Shown here: positions 19,424 to 31,904 of the stretch, piece by piece
How the letters are laid out: the number at the start of each line of letters is the position of its first letter
Numbering within the stretch: the first letter of the stretch is position 1
Assembly (NCBI RefSeq): GCF_009914755.1
Contig: NC_060928.1
Length of the DNA stretch: 64,000 nt
Direction: 5' to 3' (one strand)
DNA from: the human T2T-CHM13v2.0 reference genome, Homo sapiens
Translations under genes and position numbers: made by a program
The notes under the pieces: model-generated
Told to the model about the DNA's origin: nothing
Databases searched by the model: none
The model's input: the letters and a program-made list of their open reading frames with translations, nothing else

Positions 19424-19707
19424 GCTGGGCATGGTGGCTCACATGTGCAATCTCAACTACTTTGAAGACTGTGTGGGAGGTGGACTTGAGGCCAGGAGTT
19501 TGAGATCATTCTGGGCGACATAGTGAGACCCTCATTTTAAAAATTAGCTGGGCATGATGGCATGCGCCTATGGTTCCAGCTACCCAGGAGGCTGAAGTGG
19601 GAGGACCTCTTGAGCTTAGAAGTTTGAAGGTGCAGCAAGCTATGATCATACCACTACACTGCAGCCTGGGTGACAGAGCAAGACCCTAGTTCCTCTTTTA
19701 AAAAAAA
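19424..19707 (+). mobile_element. AluJ
   Basis: Diverged dimer with TSD AAGAATTTGC(T/C)CT. Confidence 0.9.
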
Positions 19708-19878
19708 GAATTTGCCCTCTTTATAACATCATGTAACTGGAAACATTGGTTCTATTACCAAGGGTTTGACTGGAATATCCTATTTGAAAATGTGGATAGA
19801 CTGCCTAGCTTCAAGGGTTCCCTGCCTTATAGCCAGTGAGTAAAAAGTTGCCACTTCCTGGCAGGCCCAGGAACCTCA

Positions 19879-20261
<383 letters not shown>

Positions 20262-21098
20262 TCAATCTGAGATCCCTTGTCAAAATTCTACTAAAGCAAA
20301 TGTAAAAGGAACCTCTGTGGGTTATTCTTGCTGCACTTATGTAAATACCTCAGGGCAATTTTTATGAGACTAAACTTATTTTGCAAACAAATTAGTCTTA
20401 CCCTGATTATCTTTGGTAGAAATGGGAGTGACTGTAGAGAGAAACATTATGTTTCAAAAGAAAACTACATTATACCTGTAATTAGATTGTAGCTCTGTTC
20501 ATTGTTTTTGAGTTTTTATTATCAACTGTAGACTGAACTGGATCCTAAATTCTTCCAGTTTCCTCCAAAATCTGGCTACAACTAAGAACAAAAACTGCTA
20601 AACTGGACAACTCAACATAAATTTCAAAGGACAAGTCTCATGCCTGATGTGTGAACTACATGCGGAGTTGAATATAATGCCTGCTAGCACAACCAGAGAC
20701 ATTCAACTGCAAATCAGGACGAGAAGTTGCCAACTTCATGCTGTGGAGTTTTTCCCAAGATGCATGGAATGAGACTCCCTATCGTAGTAAGACTCTTGCC
20801 CCTCTTAATTTTTCCATATGTAGGCCTTCTTCTTTCTCTTGGAAGGGTAAGGCTGTAGTTAGAATTCCCCAATCAGTAGTTTTTGGGGGTCACTTGACAA
20901 GGCTGGATCTCTCATATCAAACCCAAATATTTATACAATCTAAGAGATCCTACAGTGCACCTAGCGGGAAGCTTTAGCAACATCCCTAATGCGACTGTTT
21001 GTTCAAATTGTACTAGTGGTCTGTGAGAAATGGGGAAGTTCTTCTTCAAACATTATAAAAAGTCACATTTTCTTACTATAAGATTGCAACCACTATTA

Positions 21099-21303
21099 GT
21101 ATATATATATATACTATGTGGTTGTATATATATATATAAGTATATATATATTATATATATATATACTACATATTCTATGTGTGTGTGTGTATATATATAT
21201 ACACATAGAATACATATATACTATGTATTCTATGTGTGTATATACACAGACTATATATATATAGTATATATTATATGCATAGTATATTTATACACACATA
21301 GTA

Positions 21304-21346
<43 letters not shown>

Positions 21347-21372
21347 GTATATATATATATATATATATATGT
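21099..21372. repeat. Compound (TA)n/(TG)n microsatellite inside the LTR
   Basis: About 270 bp of alternating purine-pyrimidine dinucleotide repeats. Confidence 0.95.
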
Positions 21373-21390
21373 AATCCAAATCAGCTGTTC

Positions 21391-21449
21391 TAGCTTGCTC
21401 TGGCATGCCTGGATAGAACTAGACAAGCCCCAGCCCATAGTACATGCCA
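21391..21449. promoter_or_regulatory. Candidate p53 response element
   Basis: TAGCTTGCTC TGGCATGCCT with zero spacer, plus AGACAAGCCC and GTACATGCCA half-sites, compared with RRRCWWGYYY. Confidence 0.55.
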
Positions 21450-21860
21450 TACCTTATTTGGAGATGCTTCCTTAACTATCCCTGGGCAACTTCCTTTTCT
21501 TTCTTTGTTCTATTCCCCTTACCTAATTAACAATGTTTTAAGCTAATAGCCAATCAGGTAAAGTGTAAAATGCGAGGTCCTATTCCAGCCAATGGAAACT
21601 GGACACAGCAGTAGGGCAGATGCATCAGGTTATAAATAACTCAGTCTCCTCTGTCCGGTGTGCTCTTGTGGCTGGATAGCTATTAAGTAGCACCCTTTCT
21701 GCAGAAAGTAAAGCTGGCCTTGCTGAGAGATCATTTGCTCCCGCGTTCTTTTTTTTTTTTTTTTTTTTTTTTTGGTGACACCAAAAACTTCATTCCCAAC
21801 ATGGTCTCTTTTATAGAATTAGCACCCTCTGCTTTAATTTAACACATTCCTGGGATGCCA

Positions 21861-22200
21861 GATGATAGAATTACTATCTACTTATTTGAAAATGTAGTAA
21901 CAGAAAAGAAAATAAGGAATCTGTGCAGTTGCTGACACTTCTTGCTGCATATAGATAAATATGCTGGGTATTGGAGAGATTCAGTTACAAAACATTAACA
22001 AACGGGCTACTTGGTTAAAACAGGTAAATTCCTTGTCTGGCTCAGCTTTTTTTTTATTTATTTGATTTTAGTTGGTTTGGTTTATAAGGACTCTGGCTAA
22101 GGAGCCAGAGTTATTATCAGTTATTATCCTCCTGAAAGTAATAGTACCAGTCTCCCTAGTACACTGTGTCCCCTTACAAACTTCCAAGTGCTTGCATAAA
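21861..22200 (+). pseudogene. Retroviral env transmembrane-subunit relic
   Basis: From 21916 it translates GICAVADTSCCI*INMLGIGEIQLQNINKRATWLKQV, with the CX6CC motif at 21922-21948. A degenerate immunosuppressive-domain-like DDRITIYLF precedes it at 21861. Confidence 0.75.
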
Positions 22201-22336
22201 GCCACCCTTCAAATGTCAAATGCAGTCTTTTCAGCTGGAATGACAAAAACTCAAAGAAATGCAAGATCATATATACACCATAACCTATGAAGGACATGTT
22301 GAAACTGCAACCCAGCACAACTGAAAGCAGCACTAT

Positions 22337-22372
22337 TGACCTAGGTCAATAGGTCAGGCTTTGGCCTGACCA
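22337..22372 (+). promoter_or_regulatory. Candidate nuclear-receptor element (perfect DR2 plus extra half-sites)
   Basis: TGACCT-AGGTCA-AT-AGGTCA-N10-TGACCA. Confidence 0.4.
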
Positions 22373-22476
22373 AAAGGGGAAAATTATTAAATAAAAATTA
22401 TAGGAGGCCATTGTTTTGGACTAAGCACCTGCACGAGGCCCAAGATGACCAGCCTAAACTTCAAAAATGAAGTCCC

Positions 22477-22782
22477 AACTGGGAGCAGTGGCTCATGCCT
22501 GTAATCCCAGCACTTTGAGAGGCTGAGGTGGGCAGATCACTTGAGGCCAAGAGTTCAAGACCAGGCTGGCCAACATGGTAAAACCCTGTCTCTACCAAAA
22601 AATATAAAAACTTAGTCGGGCGTGGTAGTGTGCACCTGTAGTCCCAGCTACTTGGGAGGCTAAAGCATGAGAATGTGTTGAACCTGGCAGGCAGACTGCA
22701 GTGAGCTATGATCGCGCCACTGCATTCTAACTTGGGTGACAGAGAGAAACTGTCTCAAAACAACAACAACAAAAAACACACA
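22477..22782 (+). mobile_element. Alu (S/J) in the 3' LTR
   Basis: Dimer with TSD AAATGAAGTC. Confidence 0.9.
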
Positions 22783-23793
22783 GAAATGAAGTCGCCCATG
22801 CTAAAGTTCCACATAACTAAAACCAAGTTGTTACCGGACTGCCAGAAAAATCAGGAGAGAGAGATAGCCTAATTTCCGAAACAGGCCAGTTTCAATTGGC
22901 ATAATAATAAATTTCTGTCTGTTCTGATCTTTAACCTATATTTTTGGCTACCTGTTCCTGCCATACAAGGAAAGTAACTTTGAAACTACCAATCCACTTT
23001 TTCTTTGTTTCTGCTTTCTTTAGTCCTTTTTTTTTTGCCTATGAAGCCAACTTCCTCTGCTTGATTTCCTAGGACGCTTATTCTATAATAGAATGAAGTA
23101 CTGCCTGATAATAGAATCCCAAATGCAGCTAACTGAGATCTTTACAGTAAATTTGTTACAATTTTGTGTTTTGATGAGTAAAGTTGAAAGTCATAGATAT
23201 TCTCAGGCCTTGAGAGGCTGGTCCTCAGAGGCTGAAATTACAAAGACGGGTTATCTATTAAGTACAGACATATATTATACATACAGATATACACTATATT
23301 AACGGTGTTAAAATTTAATGGGGGCAAGGAATGATTAGGGAAAAAAGTCTAAAAACGCTCTTTAGAAGAACAATAATGCAAAAAAGATTGAGAAACACTG
23401 CTCTTGTCCCTCCAGTACATTACTATGAATGTTAAACACTGGCTCCTAATATAAGATCAACCTGGAGGTAACTGAACAATGCAGAAAAGAGCAGAGCTCT
23501 TGGAACAAGGGGCTAGCTGGAAGGGTCAAGGGATGTATTCAGGATCCTGGGTTAGAAAATGGGGGCTCAGGTTCTGGCTCCACAACTCATATAGTGTAGG
23601 TTTTGGAAAGCTGTTTAACTTTAAACACTAGTTTCTTCTATTGTAAAATAGAACTGTTGATAATATTAATGTTGTAGAGATCTTATGAAGATCAAATTCT
23701 TAAAAAGTTACGTGAAGGAAGCTTTGCAAAACTATGGGGTCAGAAAACAGTCAGAAGTTACCAGTGGCTGGGGTAAGAGGAGGAGTCAACTAA

Positions 23794-24134
<341 letters not shown>

Positions 24135-25555
24135 GGGCTATATGGCTGTATCTTAATTGTGGTAGTGGTTATGACTGTCTGAGAGCAATATACTAAAAAA
24201 GATACATTTTATAGCATGTAGATTGTACTTCAGGAAAACTAACTCTCTAAAATAATGCTTTGCAAACTGGTATTAAACTAGATCTTTCTAGTCCTGATCT
24301 CTCTTGAGAATCAAAGTTCAAGACTAAACATTTATTCACTGTAAGTATCAATTTGCTAAGCTTCTAGACATTCTTTCTACCTACAATAACTTTTTTTACA
24401 AAACTAATATTTTTGTAGTTTTCTTCACCTTTATTTCTAGCCTTGCTATTCAACATATTAGTTATCCTCACCTTTGTTTCAATGATGACGTTTATGTGTA
24501 TAAGCCTTCTATGTCTTAATCTAAGTCATTAATAAAAAAAGCCTAATAAGTAAATAAAGAGCAATAAGATACTTAATTTGTAACCCCTTTTGGTATTGGC
24601 ATCATTTGATTAAGCAATACCCTTACAACGATTGTTCACCCAAGCCCGAATACACCTAATTGCATTATCACCTGATCAAATTGCTCCATCTTGTCCACAT
24701 ACATTCCATGCAGATACTATGTCCTTAATTGATTTGCAATTAAAAAAATGCTGACACACTGGAACATTCTCCCTTATGTAGTTCCTTGCCAGAAAAAGAA
24801 AAAAAAATCTATTATTGAAAGCAATCACTTGAGGCCAGGTTTAACAACCATTTTAAAAGATGCAAAAGTTTCCAAATTTGTACTCTCCTGTCTCTGAATC
24901 TATTTTAATGGTCCTATATTCCTTAATATGTTATAAATGAAAATTCAGTATAAACAAAAAGCTGGAAGATTTTTTCAAAAGATAACATTCAATTATAAAG
25001 TTCCTAATGTTTCTTAGAATTGAGGTGAGGCAATGGAAACTAAAATTTCCAGAACTGTTTTTGTACCTGGCCCCACCCTTGGCAATCTTCCCCTTCTCAA
25101 GAATTATTGACATTGGTGTTTCCAGGAACTCAATTTATATTATGTATGTCAGCTTCCATTTTCCCCTCACATTACAGAGTTTATAAACAGTTCCACTTGT
25201 TAATCCAACTCATGAGTGCTTCTCAAAAGCACTACAGAACATAAAACGTCATAAGTGAAAGCTCTCAAGTACTACATCAACAATTACCCAACCATGTCTA
25301 CATAGTAATCAATATTTTGGATACGTTGGAAAAATTGACATTAATTTCTGAGATATTTTCAAATACCCTTAGGTTTGAAATCAAGTTACCAATCATTTGG
25401 GTGGATAAGTAATTTTAAAAGTTTTATACTGGATAACTAGATATGTTTCAATCTATTTTAGACACACAGTCTCAACAAAATTAGTAAAAAAGTAGGAAGT
25501 AATTATTATTCTTAAGGATAATTACTGTTAAATTTGCAATGATAAAAATCAGGCT

Positions 25556-25711
25556 TTTTTTTTTTTTTAAGAGACAAGGTCTTGTTATGTTGCCCAGGCT
25601 GGAGTGGTGATCATTGCACACTGCCACCTTGAACTCCTAGGCTCAGGCAATCCTCCTGCCTCAGCCTCCTGAGTAGCTGGGACTATAGGTGTGCACGGCT
25701 GTACCCAGCTA
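25556..25711 (-). mobile_element. Alu monomer (FRAM/AluJ fragment)
   Basis: Single reverse monomer after poly(T). Confidence 0.8.
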
Positions 25712-27958
25712 AAAATTGGATCAAATTTAATTGATATATTTAATTGATATTTAATTGTGCCACCATGCCCAGCTAAAAATCAGATCACTATTAATTGATA
25801 TATAGAAGCACATGATAATTGGGATATAATTACTATCATTTTTAGTTCTCAAAACACTTGTATATTACAACAAAGAGTAACTCCTATGTGTCTTACAGAA
25901 AAGCCATCAATAGTATAGAAGTAAGAAGAATACTGAAGTGTAAAGAGCTGGATGGGCTTGTTTTAATCCACTACCAGAAAAAAGAGTGACAGTGTTAGCA
26001 TCTTGAAGATAGATGTATACTATTTATCTGAAATAGTCACAGAAAGGAGCTGATTTATTCCAGATGAAGAAGAGTGGTCTAACTTAAAATACGGGTGAAT
26101 TTTTCTATAATTCCCATTTTTATACAAGGATGTGGCTGATGTTAAAGCAGCACATTAAATTAACAGTGACGGGTCAATAACTCAATGGTGGCCAACCTGG
26201 AAGAGTTATCAATTCTGTTATGGCCAACAGCTGTTATTAAACCACAAGACCCATAGGCAGTCAGGGCATCTGTGAAGTTTCAGAGAACCTGCATTAGATA
26301 GAGCAACTAAAATATTACAAGAGAAGACATGTAAAGGGAGGTGGGGCTCAGGTACGAAGGTGTAAACCCAGTTGCTGGGTCCTCTGTTATGCTGTAGGCT
26401 GGGAGGAGCAATGGGCTTAAGGGCCAGAACAACCGTGCCCCTGGGCTGCTGCTGTTTATTATATGTGTCACCCTGGACACCTGACCTCTCTGGAAACCTT
26501 CCCATTTTGAAAATCTGGGTTTTGTCCTAGATGATATATCAGATCCCCTCCATTTCTTTAATTCTACTTTTCTGAAGAAGCAGATGATGGGATGGGGCGA
26601 GTGGCAGACTTCTGATGACTTTAGAACTCCAGTTATTGAATAAATGAGCAGGTGGTTGTGTGGATGAGTTCTATGAACTCTGGCAAAATTAAAAACATTT
26701 TTAGAAACTCAACTTCAGGACAACTTCTCATTTTAAAGCAGGAGGGAAAATATCATTTTTCCTTTAAATATACTCAGGATCTTGCTTATAGAAACTTTTC
26801 AAATTAATGGTTAAAAGAGAATATAAGTCTCAGTGTTCAGATTACTTATAAATTTTATGTTTACCAAAGGTGATTAGGATCAAACTTTTAGCAGTTTGAA
26901 TGACTCAAGTAACTTTTAGTTTTATTTTTCATTATTTTCTCCCCTGCACTTTGGGGTCCAAGACATAACAATACATTTTCAACCTCAGAACTCATGATGC
27001 TGAGTTTTTCCTTCTTTACTTACTAAATCCTACCCATCTTCCAATGTTCAATTAAAGTTCTGTTCCTCTCTCCCATCAAAATCAATTACTTCTTTCTTAT
27101 TCTCAAAGAATTTGTTTAACCTTCGATCACAGCATTTATTAGAGTCTCTTATATATCATAATTTGTTGTGAGGGTATTTATCTCCATTGCCTTGTATCTT
27201 AAGGGCAGGGAGTCTCTCCAACTCATCTTATATTTCCAACAGAGCCTAGTACTATGCATGACTTAGAGGGAACTAAAATTTGCATGCTCTTAGAAGTTGA
27301 ACTTATTAATACTTTCATAGTTCCTTTTCAACTTATTTAAAAAGTTACTTTCCTCTTTGTACATATATGGGCAACATGCTCCTAGGCTACAGTGTAAAAC
27401 ATAGTGTAAAGAATAACCCATTGTTCTTATCATTTGTATTAGAATAAATAGCATATATGACACCTTTCCTCTCTAATGGTAATATTCCCCAAATCAGGAA
27501 GTTATAGGCCAAACCAGCAATCTTTTATATAAACAGCCGTTGAGATGGAACAACCAGAATGCTTCCAAATGGGCTAAAGAAACATTGGCAAGGCCTGTCA
27601 GGGGAATAAATACCAAGAAACACATGTTCTTCACCGAGAGCTCAGCCTGTAATGTTACTAAAAATAAAGAAAAACTTGCCTCCTTCATTGCTATAGTATT
27701 GATCCATTTGCAAGTCTCAGTGGGGTTGCATAATGGCGGCTATCAAAACAGAGAGAAAACAGCTCAGTATCTCAATGTTATTTTAATAGTAGTTTGAAAC
27801 TTCACTCCATGCCCAGCTTCATGCTATTTGACAGCAGTAAGGCCTAAACTTGCCAGATCCTCATATATCTTAGTTAAAACTGAAAATGTACCAAGAAAGA
27901 AGATCATATTATTCTTATTTTGTTCTGTACTACGTATAGGTACATGTAGTTCATTCTA

Positions 27959-29240
<1,282 letters not shown>

Positions 29241-29946
29241 TACCTCTTCTTGTACGTATTTTTAAAAAGCAATCAGGTGCTTAAATAACAGGACAAGAAA
29301 CAACAGAATAAGAACAATGCAAAAATTCTGGTCAGCCTCTACCCAAACCAAAATGAGCCAAAGTGTTTGGAAATGATAAACATTTAGTGAGTATGTTTAC
29401 TTCTGAAAAAAAATAAATTGTTAGACTCCATGAATTCAGTTGGTCTGCTTATAGCTAAGTTAAGGTAGGTCTTGAGATAATCCAAAATAAGACAACCTAA
29501 TTGGTCTACACATAATATTAATATGAGGTGCTATATACTCCTGTATTCTTCATCCAATGAACATTTTCTTCATTTCAAAAGCTTAATACTTATTAACAAA
29601 AGTGAAAATGAATCTGTGATCACAATCTTACTCTGCTCTTTAAAGCAGCCCAGAGATGCATAGGAGAATGCTACTGTCCAAAAAGAGTTAGAATACTTTT
29701 CTCTGCAGTAAACTGCCATCTATCCATCCATAAATCCGTCCTTTCATCTATCAATCAACCAAAGTGTTAGAGGCTAGGCTAGTCAATGACACTTCTAAGA
29801 TGCGTAAACCAGATTCTTGCCCTAAAAAGTTTACAAATAAGGTCAAGGGAGGAGCCAGAAAGAGGATAAATGTTAACAGGCTTAAACGCCTATACAAAAA
29901 ATAATAGGAATACAAAACAGAAATATGTTCAAAATGCTATGAGAAT

Positions 29947-30254
<308 letters not shown>

Positions 30255-30687
30255 TTATGAGAACTCCAAGAAAAGTAGTTGTTGCTTGTTATTCCCACCA
30301 CCAGCATTTCCCTCTTTTCTGGTTATTGTCTTGATTCTAATCCCATCAGGATATTACTCTGTCAGGTCAAGTCAGGGCAGTTAAAGAAACTCCATAGAGC
30401 TTCCTTCATACCTCACCGTTTTATAACTCTCACAAATATTTTCTTAAGATTGAATGTACTTTTAATGGCTAGAACTAACCATATTATAGTTAGAATGTGT
30501 TTTTATTATGCTTAGAATTGTTTTCAGAATGTAGAATTACGTATTAATTAGAATTAAATATCATTATATTTATTTATTATATTGTTATATTTCCCTTCAG
30601 TTTTGATAACAACAGAGCACCAGGGAAAAGACCTCTATTAACCTCAAATTAAATTCAGAAAACCAATATAATCTACTGAATACACAG

Positions 30688-31325
30688 TCTGCCATGATTG
30701 TAAGTTTCCTGAGGCCTCCCCAGCCATGTTGAACTGTGAGTCAATTAAACCTCTTTCCTTTATAAATTACCCAGTCTCGGGTATGTCTTTATTAGCAGCG
30801 TGAGAACAAACCAACACAGTAAATTGGTACCGGGTAGTGGAGCGCTGCTGTAAAGATACCCAAAAAATGTGAATGTGACTTTGGAATTGGTAACAGGCAG
30901 AGGTTGGAACACTTTGGAGGGCTCAGAGGACAGGAAGATGTAGGAAAATTTGGAACTTCCTAGAGACTTATTGGATGGCTTTGACCAAAATGCTGATAGT
31001 GATATGGATAATAAAGTCCAGGCTGAGGTGGTCTCAGATAGAAATGAGGAATTTTGGGGGAAGTGGGACAAAGGTGACTCGTCATGCTTTAGCAAAGAGA
31101 CTGGCAGCACTTTGCCCTTGCCCTAGAGGTCTGTGGAGCTTTGAACTTGAGAGAGATGGTTTGGAATTGGAACTTATGTTTAAAAGGGAAGCAGAGCATA
31201 AAAGTTTGGGAAATTTGCAGCCTGATGATGCAATAGAAAAGAAAAACCCATTTTCTGAGGAGAAATTCAAGCAGGCTGCACAACTTTGCATAAGTAGCAA
31301 GGAGCCTAATGTTAATCCCCAAGGA
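30688..31325 (+). mobile_element. THE1 LTR 3' part plus THE1 internal fragment
   Basis: GCCATGATTGTAAGTTTCCTGAGGCCTCCCCAGCCATG...AGCAGCGTGAGAAC then GTAAATTGGTACC. Confidence 0.9.
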
Positions 31326-31830
31326 AAAAAAAATTTAAACATTTATAAGGTAAACTAGTTACAGTAAGTTAAGGTTAATTTATTATGGGAGAAAGAATTG
31401 TTTAAAATATATTTAGTATAGCCTAAGTGTACCATCTTTTTAAAGTCTACAGTAGTGTACAGTAATGTCCTACGCCTTCCCTTTTACTCACCACTCACTC
31501 ATTGACTCACTCAGAGCAACTTCCAGTTCTGAAAGCTCCATTCAGGATAGATGCCTGATGTAGGTGTACCTTTTTAAAATCTGTTATATCACATTTTTCT
31601 GTACTTTTGTTAGTTTAGATATGTTCAGATAAACAAATACCATTGTACTACAATTGCCTACAGTATTCAGTACAGTAACATGCTGCACATGTTTGCAGAC
31701 TAGCAGCAATAGACTATATCATATAGCCTAGGTGTGGGGTAGGTTATACCTCTCGGTTAATATAAGTATACTCTGTGATGCTCACGCATGTACGAAATTG
31801 TCTAATGACGCATTTCTCAACATGACTGTA
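31326..31830 (+). mobile_element. Tigger3/MER7-type DNA transposon
   Basis: CACCACTCACTCATTGACTCACTCAGAGCAACTTCCAG...CATGACTG-TA end. Confidence 0.85.
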
Positions 31831-31904
31831 TACTTCAATAAAGCTATTATTTAAAAAAAGATGAAGAAACACCAAAGAACTTAAGGAATTTATCCAAGGT
31901 CACT

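Larger units (their letters stand above)
21022..21801 (+). mobile_element. LTR10-like (HERV-I family) solo LTR nested in the provirus
   Basis: TG...CA ends with a perfect 5-bp TSD TGGTC (21017-21021 and 21802-21806). It has two CCAAT boxes, a TATA box and the AGTAAA...GCCTTGCTGAGAGA end typical of LTR10. Confidence 0.8.

Noticed and set aside
21030-21374. 114-aa Y/I/C/V-rich ORF
   Set aside because: It is an artefact of the TA/TG microsatellite.
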